Notes: generated from the sequence alone by a model not told the origin. Positions 1-13,014 are shown, counted from the first letter of the whole stretch. The stretch is DNA of 60,784 nucleotides, filler included, from Circinaria calcarea (GCA_051942165.1; 14 parts of 14 records of this genome joined end to end with filler, not necessarily neighbours in it); one strand, 5' to 3'. Translations and numbers: made by a program.

Positions 1-3000
1 CGGTCAATGGGTTCTCGTTTGCAGCTATGGCATTTTCTTCTCCATCTCCGCCATGCGCTTTTCAACCAAACTTAGAGCCGCCTATCTACGTGCTGCAATA
101 TCACAGGACTTCAGGGACATAAGCCAAGGCGAAGTGGCCAACAACCTCTCAAGTAGCATAAGCAGCCTCGAGGACGCCTTATCGGAAAAGCTCGGCGTTG
201 TCGTACAGGCAGCTTCGACAGTAGTCACTTCACTAATAATTGCCTTTACGCGCAGCTGGCGGCTTACGTTGGTTATGTCCACGACGATCTTGGTTCTGCT
301 CTGCAGCAATTTTGGCACCGCTGCTGCTGACTCTCGGCTGGAGCGAGTTATTCAGGAAATAGATGGGCGAGCCGCTAGCTTGGCCGAAGAATGTATAACT
401 GGTATTCGGGTCATTTCATCTTGCGTCGCAAACTCAAAGATGGTGGGAAGATATACACAATACCTCCAGAGAGCAAAAACTCAAGGGCTACGTAAGAGTC
501 CCATTTTGGCAGCCCAGTATTCGATTAGCTATTTTATGGTTTTATCAGCATACGCACTTGCATTTTGGTACGGTACCAAGCTGTTTAAGCAGGGCCAAAT
601 TGAAAGTGGTGGAACCATCGTTATGTAAGATCACAAGCAGGCTATTTTGTTTTTTGAAAAAGAACCTGATTGGTGCTTTAGTGTTGTCTTATGCATAAAT
701 CAAGGGACGAATGCGTTACGGCAAATATTGCCTGTATATGGGGTCCTCGTTAAGGCGAGAACGGCTTTAGAAACTCTTGCAAAAGTTATTGCCTCTAAAC
801 CTTCGATCGACCCCCTTTCTCAAGAAGGCTTAGTCCTCAGTCATATCAGTGGCAACATTGAGTTGAGAGGCATTGAGTTTGCCTATCCCTCAAGGCCTGC
901 CATCAAAGTTTTAGACGGTCTTAACTTGTGTTTCGAGGCTGGCAAAACAACCGCATTAGTAGGACACAGTGGTTCCGGCAAAAGCACTATTGTTGGTCTA
1001 CTAGAGAGATGGTATGATCCTACTCAGGGAACAATACGTGTCGATGGCTTCAACCTTGATGTATTGAACGTAAAGTTTATCAGGAGTAATATTGGGCTGG
1101 TGCAACAGGTATTTTTCCAAATTCCGCAATTGATGATTCTGCTAAGTCTTCTAGGATACGACGCTTCTCAATGATACCGTTTTCTACAACGTTGTTAGTG
1201 GTCTTTATGGAACTCCACTCCAAAGGTTGACAGAAAGTGAGAAACGCCGCCTAGTCAAAAAATGTTGCATTGAAGCCGAGGCGCATGGATTCATTGAGGA
1301 GCTTCCTCAAGGCTACGATACAAAGGTTGGAGATAGAGGGAGCCAGTTGAGCGGGGGTCAAAGGCAGAGGATCGCTATCGCTCGTGCTATAATATCATCC
1401 CCCAAGATCTTGATATTTGACGAGGCAACTTCTGCATTGGATGGTCAATCTGAACGGCTGATAGAGATTGCTATTGAAAGAGTCTCTCAAGGCAGAACAA
1501 CAATTATAATCTCTCATCAACTATCAGTCGTCAAGCGGGCTGATAAGATAATTTTGCTGAAAAACGGACGCATTGTTGAAGAGGGTAATCACCAGTTCTT
1601 ACTTGAATCCAACGGTATATATGCACGCCTACATGAAGCGCAGAATCTCTTTGTTGGCAAAGTAGAAAAGGAAATGCAACCAGAAGTAACGGAAGTTAGA
1701 TTCAAACCAGACAAAGTTTCCAACCATACGACACTGTATACTGCTACCAGCAACCTCAGCAATTGCCCTCCAGAAGAACTTATCGATGAGCGGAGGTTGT
1801 CACTGGTCGTGTGTTTATTCGCCATCTTCAAAGAATACAGACCATTACGGCAACTTTTTGCAATCAGCTTATTAGCCTGCTTGACTGCTGGCGCAGTTTA
1901 CCCAGGGCAAGCCATTCTCTTTGGATATATTGTGACTGCCTTCCAATATGATGGCGATGTAGTCGTGCAGCAAGAGATTTTCTGGTCGTTAATGTTCTTC
2001 GTTGTTGCTCTCGGAGCCCTATTCGCTTTTATGGCACTCGGAACCCTTGCTTCTTTAATGGGTACCGTTACTAGCCGTCGTTATCGGGAAGAGTATTTCA
2101 GTGCTATAATGAACCAGCCCATCTCCTTTTACGATGAAGAGGGCAATTCACCTGGATATGTCACTGCCCGTCTTTCGTCGCACACAAGTCACCTTCAAGG
2201 CCTCATGACGATCCTTAATTCGCTCATCGTTACTGTTGTTAGTCTTTGTGCCTCAAGTATCCTAGCTGTAATAATCGCCTGGAAATTGGCACTCGTTGCA
2301 TTGTTCGGCAGTCTACCCATCATCGTATTTTCGGGATTCCTTCGAGTTAGGACACAATCCCAGAAAAGCAAAAATCTATCAGAGCCTCTGATAGAAAGCG
2401 CTCAGTATGCCGCCGAGACTATTGGAGCGGCAAGAACCGTGGCTTCCTTGACCATGGAACCAGAGGTGTGTGAGCGGTTCAGCCAGAAAATGCGAGAGTC
2501 TTTGCCCTTGTTTTATAAGAATATTCTGATCACCATGCCACTATTTGCTTTCTCCCAGAGCGGCAATCTTCTAGGTACGAAGTGTGATATACGATGAGAA
2601 ATTCGAGGTTTCCCGGTCTACAATGATTTATACTAACGCCTGAAAGGGATGGCTCTTGCGTTCTGGTACGGAGGGCATCTTCTGGCCGATCGAGAAATCG
2701 ATGCAAGACAGCTCTGGATTATCTTTCTCGCCGTTGTCGCGGGTGGAGAGGCCGCCGGCGAGTTCTTTGCAAGTTCCAACAGTCAGGAGCTCCATTCTTT
2801 CTCAACCTATAGACACCCGCTGAACCCATTTAGGTATCGTACAGGCGCAGAACGCGGCCAATGCGATGTTCAACCTCCGATCTCGAGCGCAACTCTACTC
2901 TCCGTCCGGCGGCCAATTCCAAAGTACGAGGTCTGCGACTGCCATCGACCTGGATAATATCCATTTCAGCTATGCGAACTCACCAGACCATGCCGTCCTC

Positions 3001-3694
3001 CAAGGTTTAAGCATCCATGTCTCCCCCCGGCGAACATGTCGCGATCGTCGGCGTTTCCGGGTCCGGAAAATCCACCATCATCGCCCTCCTCGAGCGCTTC
3101 TACGACGTGACGAGTGGCGAAATCAGAATCGGTGGGGTGCCGCTGAGATCCGTGGATATTCAGAGCTATCGGTCCGCTGTGTCTATGGTCTCCCAGGAGA
3201 CACTGCTCTTCCAAGGCACCCTGCGCGACAACATCCTACTCGGCGTCTCCGACGAGGAAGGGACCGAGAGCCGGCTGGAAGCAGCCGCACGGGAGGCCAA
3301 CATCCACGACTTCATCACATCCCTCCCCGAGGGCTACAACACTCCATGCGGGAACAAAGGCATGGCCTTCAGCGGAGGCCAGCGGCAGCGGATCGCCATC
3401 GCCCGAGCCCTGATCCGACGGCCGTCCATTCTGCTCCTCGATGAGGCCACGAGCGCGTTAGATTCCGAGAGCGAGACCGCCGTCCTCGCGGCTTTGGACA
3501 GGGCGGCCACAGGAAGGACGACAATCACGGTGGCGCACCGCCTGTCGACCATCAAGGGTGCGGATCGCATCTTGGTACTCGCGAGAGGGAGGATACGGGA
3601 GGAAGGAAAGCATGAGGAGCTAATGCAGAGGAAAGGCATGTACTGGGCCATGTGCCACTCGCAGCGTCTGGATCGGAGGTTGGAATCGGAATAG
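1..3694 (+). CDS. ABCB/MDR-type full-size ABC transporter, 5'-truncated at the contig edge; 1-nt frameshift at 3023-3028
   Basis: TMD1-NBD1-TMD2-NBD2 layout. Walker A GHSGSGKST and GVSGSGKST; signatures LSGGQRQRIAIARA and FSGGQRQRIAIARA; Walker B FDEATSALD and LDEATSALD. GT-AG introns at 625-681, 1109-1154, 2575-2646 and 2782-2833 join the ORFs. An extra C in the C6 run breaks the frame before the NBD2 Walker A. Confidence 0.92.
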
Positions 3695-4274
3695 GATAAC
3701 CGCATGCCCGCATGTTCAGATTCAGGCGGGAGAAATGAAACCTGCACCATGATAACATAGGTCAACGAGATCTGTCAATGACACAGAACTTGTAGATGCC
3801 CTCCACCGGGTGGGGGATTAGAATATACACCTATATTGAAAGTTGTGTACAGAGATGCGCTGAAATCTGGCCCTGGAGATCAAATTCCGATAACAACCGC
3901 CTCCGTCCCGACCCGCAAAACGTGTCCAAGTGAAACAAGCCAACCAATGCGTGCTATTGTCCAAAGCACACCCCGGGGGGTTCAAATTGAGCCTGAGGCG
4001 GTAGCCATACTTAACCATTGTAGATCTTCCCACCGTGACTTTTTGCTTCCCCTTCTCCGATGCTCCCACGCATATGCACGCTCAAGACTCCAACTCCGTA
4101 TACGCACACAGCTGTCGTACCACGTTACTATCGATGTTCGGGGCCATTAAGCTCTCGAACAATCGATCTTTCCTGGTTCCCAGACCATGAGGGAGCCCGT
4201 TGGTTCCCATCTCTGCATCCTTGGCTTTTTCCGCCAGTCTGCGCAGAACGGCTACACCGCGGTTTGTGATCATG

Positions 4275-4374
4275 NNNNNNNNNNNNNNNNNNNNNNNNNN
4301 NNNNNNNNNNNNNNNNNNTTAATTAATTAANNNNNNNNNNNNNNNNNNNNNNNNNNNNNNNNNNNNNNNNNNNN
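4275..4374. other. Artificial contig-joining spacer (44 N + TTAATTAATTAA + 44 N), first of 13
   Basis: Identical 100-nt spacers at 4275, 8646, 13015, 17382, 21744, 26104, 30457, 34798, 39137, 43475, 47812, 52138 and 56462. The linker gives stops in all six frames. Confidence 0.99.
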
Positions 4375-5034
4375 ATCCTAGCTAGCGTCTTCACTTATCA
4401 TATGGTAACCCTTGCGGGATCGCCCCAAAAAAGGGAAAGAGGACCATCAAAAAGCGCATAGGCTTCTGACACCAACTGTAGACACCAACTGTACAAGTAA
4501 ACCCAAGTGCGCCCAAGGAAGATTTCTTGTACCCCCTTCCAAGAGGGCTCGAAATCAATGGAAGCGAAGCGAAGGAGAGAAGGTTGATATGAAGATGGGA
4601 GATTGGAGATGGGAGATTGGAGATGCGAGAAAGGAGATAACTTCAGCAATTTATCCCAGTGTGCTTTTGTGCTGATGTACCCTATGTGTCGATGGGCGCA
4701 GTGGGCCTATATGTCGATATGCAATGAACGAACAAAGTAAGAGGATGAGGAGGTTTCCTAAAGAAGGACGTGTTCTTAGAGTAGAGGAATAGGCATAGGA
4801 ATTTAAATCTAAGACAGACAGTCCTATACGCTTGGGTTGAAATTTTCTTGCACGTATGGGAGGAACTTGGGGTTTCGAGGTAGCTTTAACTTTTCTCACG
4901 ACGAGTTGCAAAATATGGAGTAGATAGCTAGATAAGCTCGGAGGCCAATCTTGTAACTAATCTACCGACTAGACAGACCAACTGCTTCCTCCAATTCAAG
5001 GAATCTTGACTGCCATTATCATCATCTGCCCCTT

Positions 5035-6432
5035 CTAATCTTCATGCATCACATTCGAAAAAGCCTCTTCCGCCCTCTTTGGTTTTCCATCGTTCAACTT
5101 GATACTACCCATTTTGCCCTCCGTGAAAGCCTTGGCGTACGGATTCAATCGCAACAAGACTTGCTTGTTCTTCAACGGGTTCTTTTTCTGCACATGTGCT
5201 CTCTTTGTCAATGCTCCTCCCTTGGCAGGACGAACAACGGCTTGAACTTCGGAAGAGTTGATCAAACGGGAGATATCGGCATTGGAGACGATATTCGATG
5301 GGAGAAGGAAATCCTTCTTCAATGCGGACGGAGTAGTGGTACTACCGTAAATGGTATCCAATGCGGCAAAGGCAGCAGAAGTCCAGATGATAAAACGCCC
5401 TAGGTGTCCTCCTGGTGCGAGTTGCAAGAGATTCAGAGCGAAAACGCTGGATGTTTCTACACCAGGGATATTCCTGAATGCCTTGACCAACTCCTTTCCA
5501 TCCGTCTCGGGATCGTAGACGACCAATGGACCACGACGCTGACGATGACGACGACCACGTAACTTTCCTTTACCGGCGCGGAGTTTCTTGCTTGCACGAA
5601 CCCGGCTGAGATCTGGACCAGCACCGACAGCGTTGAGGAGGCTGACTGCGGCAGATGTTTTGGCAATGGAGGCAGATTCGAATGCGGAGGATGAGATTAC
5701 AAGGGGAACTTCGGGCACTGTAGAGATTTGATGGCCACGCGCCAACAGGAGAGAGGGGACAGAAGAGGCAGCTAGAGCGGAGGCTGTTGCGAAACGCCTA
5801 AACGCAGTAGGAATTAGAATTTGGACATCCTTGGAAAAGAATAGTGATGGAGAGATCGAATAAAACTTGTGATAATATCGACTTTGATACGTACTTTTGT
5901 CCGAGATTAATCTTTTGATGCCATTTTCGCCAGACTTTGGTCGGAGCAAACATACGACCAGAACGACACATGTTGCCAAATGCTGCTTGGCCGGCTCGGT
6001 GGGTTCCTGAACCAGAGACACGGGGGATACGAGCGACAGCGCGTCCTACATCCAGCTTCTATCAGTTGTTATCCTATTACCGTAGTCCCTGTGACTCTCC
6101 ATGCAAGCTCAGAAGTAATCCTCGTTGCTACTGAATGGCTCTGTATTTCGAATGGGATGAAGTGGACTAACCAGTGCCCCAGGATTCAGCAGAGGTCTGA
6201 TGACCGGCTTTCTCGCTCACAGCATATGGCTGTCTCTTGTTCTTGGCCATTCCAGTGTGAACACTCCTGTTATCGATTCAGTATTTCAATTGCGCACAGC
6301 TTCTGGTAGGTAGGTATCCTACTGAACAATGTCCGGGCGGATTGGAGCTCTGAACACCGCAGGGAGAGGGTGAGTCTCTCCACTGGGCTTGCCATCTGCC
6401 GTAGCTATCGTAACGGTAGGACGGGTCGTCAT
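5035..6432 (-). CDS. RPL4: 60S ribosomal protein L4 (uL4)
   Basis: Spliced translation reads [78 protein letters not shown]...[19 protein letters not shown]. Introns at 6267-6322, 6046-6171 and 5798-5894. Confidence 0.97.
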
Positions 6433-6875
6433 CTTGTGGGTGGTTTATCGATGGTCGTGAGTGGAATTGTCGTTATTATCGATGAGCGAATCTCGAATTG
6501 CAAGTGACGCTAGTGATGTGTGGGAATCGCCAAACCAAAACCCTCACGCTAAGTTAGTTGCAGATCATAGGGTTTGTAAGCAGCATTGCAATCACGGGTT
6601 CAAGACTATTAAAGAGTCTAATAGCTACCTACTTACTGAATCTAGATGAGTTATCCTATGCGTAAGGGCCCTAAAGGATTCACACAAATGCTATCTTCTT
6701 TTACTTGAGAAAGACGAAGCAAGGCGTCTCTTGTAGGAAGATACATACAAAGAATGGGTCCTTCCACGAGCAGTTTAAATCCAAACTTCACTAATAGCCA
6801 CTCTACAAACGCTTTCCATGAAGCGCAGTAAATGGTAAGCCATCGTGGGCATTGTCCCTTCCACTAAGGAATAAT

Positions 6876-7233
6876 ATGTCATACGAGTGTGATGTGAAAC
6901 CGGGTCGCCCCATACTGCTAACTGTAGTCATTTGGGGCATATTCGCAGCTTGGCTATCCGTCTGATACAGTACTATTCAAGCCCGATGCAGCAAAGACTC
7001 TAACCTTAAGTCAATAGGAAGGATCTATCATCCTTCTTGTCTTATTACTGATCTTAGACATAGGTATATGCATTGTCACTATCACTACCAGCACAACCTT
7101 TCCAATTACATGAGAGCAGATCAATATAGCTCTCAGCACACTTCTATACCTGTGCACTGGGAGTTCGGCGGACGCATCAATTGGAGTACAGCTCACTATG
7201 GACTACAATCGGTGGCGAGCATTAGTAAACTAA
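6876..7233 (+). pseudogene. Possible decayed small Cys-containing fungal protein gene
   Basis: Fragments in shifting frames (MSYECDVKPGRP / TANCSHL / QLGYPSDTVLFKPDAAKTL / ICIVTITTSTTFPIT*EQINIALSTLLYLC) resemble, from memory, a family of hypothetical ascomycete proteins. TGA at 7111-7113 where Trp would fit. Confidence 0.3.
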
Positions 7234-7852
7234 TAAGAAAGGGGAGGAGAGGTGCGAACCGGTTAACCGGTAGGCCTTCTGTGCATTTAATAAGGTAAAA
7301 GCTTCAATGCCATGTATGAATCCTAAATTGCTATAGGAGCGGACGCCATTGGAAAATGTATAAGCGTCACTGTCTCCCGTACGTGAGTGTTTTGCAGATG
7401 TGGTGTGGAAGCGAGCATTCCCTTGGAGTGTTTCTCTTGACAGCTTTTACTTATTAGTCGTACATGACGGTCCGATATTAAAGCAAAATAGTTTCAATAA
7501 GGTCGTTGGTTAGCGGAGGGGTAAAAGTAGATTCAGAAATGATTTCCCTTCTAGATGTTCCCTTGTAATCTAGCCATTTTAGAATTAAAGCATCCCGAAC
7601 TCCATCGAGACGCAGCTGTTCCTCCGCTTTAGACACTATTGTACGTTCACAGAAGGACCACCATCCCAACAGGACCTTGCCGGCTCCCTTAACCCATATC
7701 CCATGCTGGCCGCAGTTAAAGTCTATTGAGGCCCGGCCTAGAAAACCAGGAGCCTTCCTCATTCCCCACACCCAACAACTTTATCGAAAGGAGCCGGGGT
7801 TTGCAAACTTGTACACAGTCGATGTTGTGATGCATGATCTGAGTGAGAGTCC

Positions 7853-8645
7853 TCAATCATGCACCTTATCCTTCTCGCTTCTCCTTGGTCTCAGCGTAAA
7901 GTGCTGGTGAACTTCCAGCGGTACCGTAAGCACTTCTTTCTCTATCCCAATATGTGGCTTCCCATCCACACCGATAAACTTCCCAAACTTGTACTTCTCG
8001 TCCAACTTTTGCACCTCGAGTTCTCTTATCGCGTGACTCGCTGCGAGGTAGGCAACAATGCTTGCGAGGCTTGTTGGCATCCTGGGTAGAAACTTCTTTG
8101 GTCTTTGTATGTAGTAGAACATCGCGGCTAAGAAGTTGAGAATGAGAATCGTTATGGCGATGATAAACATGGTTCGATCCATAAATACTCGGGGTTGAAG
8201 GCTGTATACCTTCCCCTTGACAGACTCGGTGCCTGCAGGTGAAGCAAACAGATTGGTATTTAAGCCGAGTATGATGGCGAATATGGAGCGGTTGATAGCC
8301 TGTACAACTGGTGCCACCTCTGTGAATGGAGGGAGTACGGCTGAAGGATCAACAAGTGCGGTAGTATTCATGGCCATTTTGACGAAGTAGTTGAGCCAGT
8401 CGGAGGTAAGACTATGAAAGTGCCACTTTGACCCATCTCCCCATAGGATGTTATTACCTGATGTGCTCAAGACTGCACTCGCATTGACACCGGGCGCAAA
8501 AGACTGACTGATGTCTGTAGCAAAAGGGGTAGTCTGAATGTAGGAGAGAACTCGACCATCGGAGGTTGTATTGACAAGAAAATCTGCGATCCTTAAACTA
8601 AGTTGGCAGGTCATGAGCAATGCGTCGCTATCAATCATCCGTAAG
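7853..8645 (-). CDS. DUF3433-like fungal membrane protein, C-terminal part (5'-truncated)
   Basis: C-terminal TM helix followed by LPRMPTSLASIVAYLAASHA and YKFGKFIGVDGKPHIGIE, typical of this family. Frame is open to the contig edge. Confidence 0.65.
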
Positions 8646-8746
8646 NNNNNNNNNNNNNNNNNNNNNNNNNNNNNNNNNNNNNNNNNNNNTTAATTAATTA
8701 ANNNNNNNNNNNNNNNNNNNNNNNNNNNNNNNNNNNNNNNNNNNNC

Positions 8747-9280
8747 GAGGACGCCGGTCCGTTCAAACCCTTCTGTGACGACTGGAGGCCTTCGAACATG
8801 CTTGCGGACCCGACCACCTTCCAGATCACCGCCGTCTTGGATTTCGAGTTTACCAACGCTATGCCCGCCCAGTTCGCATACGACCCGCCCTGGTGGCTGC
8901 TGCTGCTGGGGCCAGACATGTGGCTGGAACACCATACCATGGAAGAATTCGTTACTAGCTACGAGCCCAGGATGGAACAGTTCTTGCGGGCGTTGGAACG
9001 AGTCGAAGCGAAATTAGGATCTAAGGGTAAGCAAACCGGTGGGCCGCGTCTTTCTGCCCGGATGCGTGACTCGTGGAGGACCGGGTGCTTCTGGTTCGAC
9101 TATGGAATCAGGAAGAGTTTCGACATAGACGCTGTCTATTGGGCCGCACTGCATGACGGTAGAACTGGTGTTGACTTGCTTGACGATAAAGCGCGGGCAC
9201 AGATGGAATCAACGATAGAGTTAAAGATGGAGCAATTGAAGGCCTACAAAGAGCAGTGTGCTACTCGTTTTTCTAGCTAA
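8747..9280 (+). CDS. Aminoglycoside phosphotransferase (APH)/kinase-like family protein, C-terminal part
   Basis: GPFKPFCDDWRPSNML (catalytic-loop-like), ITAVLDFEFTNAMPAQFAYDPPWWLLL. Truncated at the contig start. Confidence 0.8.
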   Translation, partial: EDAGPFKPFCDDWRPSNMLADPTTFQITAVLDFEFTNAMPAQFAYDPPWWLLLLGPDMWLEHHTMEEFVTSYEPRMEQFLRALERVEAKLGSKGKQTGGPRLSARMRDSWRTGCFWFDYGIRKSFDIDAVYWAALHDGRTGVDLLDDKARAQMESTIELKMEQLKAYKEQCATRFSS

Positions 9281-10087
9281 TGAGTACAGTCTTACGATTT
9301 TGCTCCCTGTTCGGGGCCCCTTCCGGCGCCGCCTCCGCCGCCCCCCTTCAATTCTGAGAATTCTCTCCAGCCTTTTTCACCAGCCCCTCCGTCCCCCGCT
9401 TCCTTTTAGCTTCTTCTCAGCGCCTCTGAAATTTCTCCGCTGCCTCACGCATGCGCTTCTCCTAATCATGGGTTGGGATTTTTATAAAGGCCGCCGCTAT
9501 TGGTCATGGTTGATGTTTGAGGCTTTCGCCTTAGTATCAAAGGGGCTTGACTAAGTTGCAGAGATAGACGCGAGTGATCGGACGAGGTCGAGATGGTTAA
9601 GGAGTGAGGCAAAGATTGTGTCTCGACTGTTCTTATACAGGCCTTCCAATTCATCTGACGTGCGAAGGCAGCCGCGCTGGCAAGGGAGTTGTCGAACCGG
9701 CATCTCGAGCACACCGTCATATAGCATTGAGAATATACAGACAGCAATTTTAAGTCAGTGAACACGCATCAAGGATTCGGAGGTTGATTGGAGCGTAATC
9801 GGAAGATTCGGCCTTTGGTTAGAGTGCAACTGCAGCAAAACATGCGAAACTGCTAGTACATCTGCAACCCACTGAGCAGATTAGGCAGCCGCTGGCGAGT
9901 CATCTTAATTTATTATTTATCAGCGACTTTGCTTGCCATTTGAATGGTTAGCCTTACTTGGCCCGCTTGTGAATTAAGCAAATTCGGTAAAACAGGGCCG
10001 TCTTTGATAATTCTTCCTCGGTCAATGAATGATAGCTGTTTCAACTGCGCCCGGATTTCCACGTAGGTCGAGGAAATTTGAGACTCA

Positions 10088-10148
10088 CCCTCCTTTGCAA
10101 ACCCTCCTTTGCAAACCTTCCTATGTAAACCCTCCTATACAAACCCTC
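10088..10148. repeat. 14-bp tandem repeat, about 4.4 copies (CCCTCCTTTGCAAA)
   Basis: ccctcctttgcaaa / ccctcctttgcaaa / ccttcctatgtaaa / ccctcctatacaaa / ccctc. Confidence 0.85.
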
Positions 10149-10188
10149 ACCAACTGGACGTATTTACAAAAGTACTCACCCTATTTTG

Positions 10189-10357
10189 TGTCAGGCTCTA
10201 CGGGTTAGGAGGGTGGCGACACGTCGTGTAGTTTGGCGTCTTGGCGTATAGTGAAAACCTTCCACACTCGCACACTTCTCTTCTCCCTGTAATTGATTAG
10301 TTTAGCTCTCGTATATATATACTGCGTAGAGCCATCGGATCGCTCGCGCGCCTCACA
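10189..10357. mobile_element. Candidate solo LTR (169 bp)
   Basis: TG...CA ends with an imperfect terminal inverted repeat (TGTCAGG...CCTCACA), an internal TATATATATA run and an internal inverted pair GGCTCTACG/CGTAGAGCC. No target-site duplication seen. Confidence 0.35.
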
Positions 10358-12604
10358 TTACCACATTACCACATACCTTAGCCTTGGGTACTTTTCAAAG
10401 TAAAGTACTCTACGGGCCTGATGGTACATTTTTGTAAGATACTAATCCCACAACTGAACGCTACCAGTAGTGGGTTAGCTTTGACATAAGCCTATAAAAA
10501 CCCTTCTTAAATTCCCAGCGGTTTTAGAATCATAAAATATATCCGCGTAAGTTATATTTTAGGTTTTCCGTTGGCGTAGTAGTTTGAGCACAAGGCTGGT
10601 CTGTATGTTTCTTTTTGGTGCCCCGAGTCACGAGTCACGAGTCATGGATTCGGATTTCCAACGTCCCCCCCTGGTTCCTCGACCTCCCAACTATTGGAAT
10701 GCCGGTTGCCGAACGAAAGGGTTGCAAATGCCGAAAAGGCTGCACAAATACAGGAAACGAAGAAGCAAGGAAGCAAGTGAGTTGTTTGGCTGACCACGGT
10801 AACCTCCGAACCCAACCCATTCCATCCCGGGGGGTTTTTTTTTCCTTTCTTTTCTTTTCTTTTCCCCCTCTCCTCCTTCTCCTTCTCCCTCTCCTTCCCA
10901 TCCCGCCTTGCGCCTTAGCCTTAGCCCCTCGGAATTTCCTACATCCCGCTTACTACCCTCCCTCCAACCTCCAACCTCGGTCCTCAGCTTCGCAAAATCC
11001 CAATTCTACTAACTGACACTCACCCAGATGCACCACTTATTTAATTTATATCGGGACTCGGAGATTTTTTCAGAACGGCAGACGCAGACTGTACTTTAGT
11101 TCCCTGAATCTGATTCCGGGGGTTTTGCAGAACAAAACGAAACAAATTGAAACAGAACGAAATGGGGGTACTGGGCGCTCTGGAAGGGAATTCAGGAATG
11201 GCCTAGCTAACGGGGAGTGATATCCCCCTTTAGGGTTTAGCTAACCCCTAAGTGAGGAATAGGATTTTATTGGTTATTTTTTTGTGAATTGAACGCGTAG
11301 TGGTTTAGCAGTTCAGAGCAGGAGGGGGCTTACAGTATATAATATCACATGTAAAAAAAACCTTGGATTTAACCTATAGAGTTAGAGTTGGAATTTGAAA
11401 GGACTGTATAAACTGGGTATGGTATGGTATGTATGGTCAGCTTTTGGTTCTTTCTAGAATACAAAGACAGTTCCTCCGTGGGGGGGTTCGATATACCAGT
11501 CGGAGTCTCGGAGAGCAGGATAATTTAAGCGGAAGGTTATAATATAGGGTATAGTATCGATTTGTAGTCAGAGGAAGGAAAGGTTGGGAACCAGCAATAA
11601 ACTGTGGATCGAGGCGGGAGGGAAGGGGAAGATATGGTAGGGAGGGAGGGTGGATGTCAAAAGAGGAAGGGGCATGTTAGGGGTTCGATCGATCATAGTG
11701 AAGGAAAAAGGGTGGATTTAAAGGGGGTACTCGAAGGGCTTGTATCAAAGGAATTTTTTTTTGGGTCTGACAAGCTGAAAATGGGTAACCGTAGTTGTCC
11801 ACGAAAAAGAGATCAGTCTTGCCCCCAGCTATCTGCTGTGTACCGTGGATGAATTAAAATCATATCATCTCTTTTCCCAGGTCTAGCCACGACCTCCCAT
11901 GGTGGTTTGGGTGGACTCGGGAAAGTTGCAAGATATCAGCCGTCCCCCGTGATGGAGGTAGAAGATCATAAAAAGTCGACGCACGTCGGGGAAAGATGCC
12001 CACTTTCCCCCGCCTAATGCACCCTATGGTATCCTAGCGTCATCCCTATGGTAGCCGGTAAAAGTACCCGAGATTTGTTTCTCCGGATGCAAACCCTTCT
12101 GAAGAGGACGTTATGGGGCATAAGTTATTTAATTTCCTTATCTTTTTACCAAGTCCCTCAAACCGAGGCGGGTGCGAGCAGAAGCTCGTTGCGAGAACAA
12201 TATAATACCGGAGGACCCCTTACAGTTAGTTATATCACAGACGGCTAATAACACAAAGACCCTGAAGGTTTTGAAAAAAATTCCCTGTTTCAAGGACTCG
12301 AATTATGTATATAGGTAGGTGAAGGGAAACGGAGAGCACACCGCCCCCTCTTCTCATTGATTTGTCTGTCAGTAGCAAACGGGTTTGGCACACCAGCCTC
12401 CAAGGAACCTGTAAGTTTGGGTGGGGGTTCCATATACTCTGCCGCGAAAAGCATTATTCTCGGAGAAACTATGGGGAGACGATGGGGAAACTAATGACTA
12501 CTACTCCACTCCTACAACCTCCAAAAAGCGTCCAGCTCGTTTATCGTATCTCCCACCTCTCAGATTACATTCACCAAGAAAACTCCAACTCCCCTTCTCA
12601 CCCC

Positions 12605-13014
12605 TTACGTAACCATTCCCCTTCCCACCAACGCATTCCCATCAAATATCAGAAACTGCGCCATCCCATACCTATGATCCAGCATCCACGTCGCTAACTC
12701 GGCAACCGCAACGTTCAAAATCCCAAATGTCATCGGCCTCACAGGGTCCGCATTCCACATGTGCAGCATGCTCCCGTCGGTCATCAACCAGACGAAGCCA
12801 TTGACGGCGAGGGAGTGCGCGTTGTAGTGGACGAGACTGTCTTCGATGGAGGCGGCGGCTTCAATGAGCAAGCCGGGGATGTTGTGGCTTTCGACAGGGA
12901 GAGGGCGGAAGAAGGTTATGGAAATGAAAGTGCTGAGGCCGGCGAAAACGCAAAGAGAAAAAGGTGGGTCGCGCGGAGGCATGCGGGGGTGAAGGGGACG
13001 GGAGGGGGAAGTGT
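12605..13014 (-). CDS. Small hypothetical fungal protein, C-terminal part (probably a secreted family)
   Basis: Frame is open to the contig edge. It ends ...MWNADPVRPMTFGILNVAVAELATWMLDHRYGMAQFLIFDGNALVGRGMVT*, a C-terminus I recall from small proteins of lichen-type ascomycetes. Confidence 0.6.

Noticed and set aside
4319..4330. TTAATTAATTAA recurring every ~4.3 kb as a possible regularly spaced repeat or CRISPR-like array
   Set aside because: Always embedded in 44+44 Ns; it is an artificial linker.
6046..6171. RPL4 intron 2 as a snoRNA host
   Set aside because: No box C (RTGATGA) found and no convincing H/ACA structure seen.
11228..11252. TTTAGGGTTTAG...CTAACCCCTAA as a telomeric relic
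   Set aside because: Only one or two imperfect units; expected by chance.
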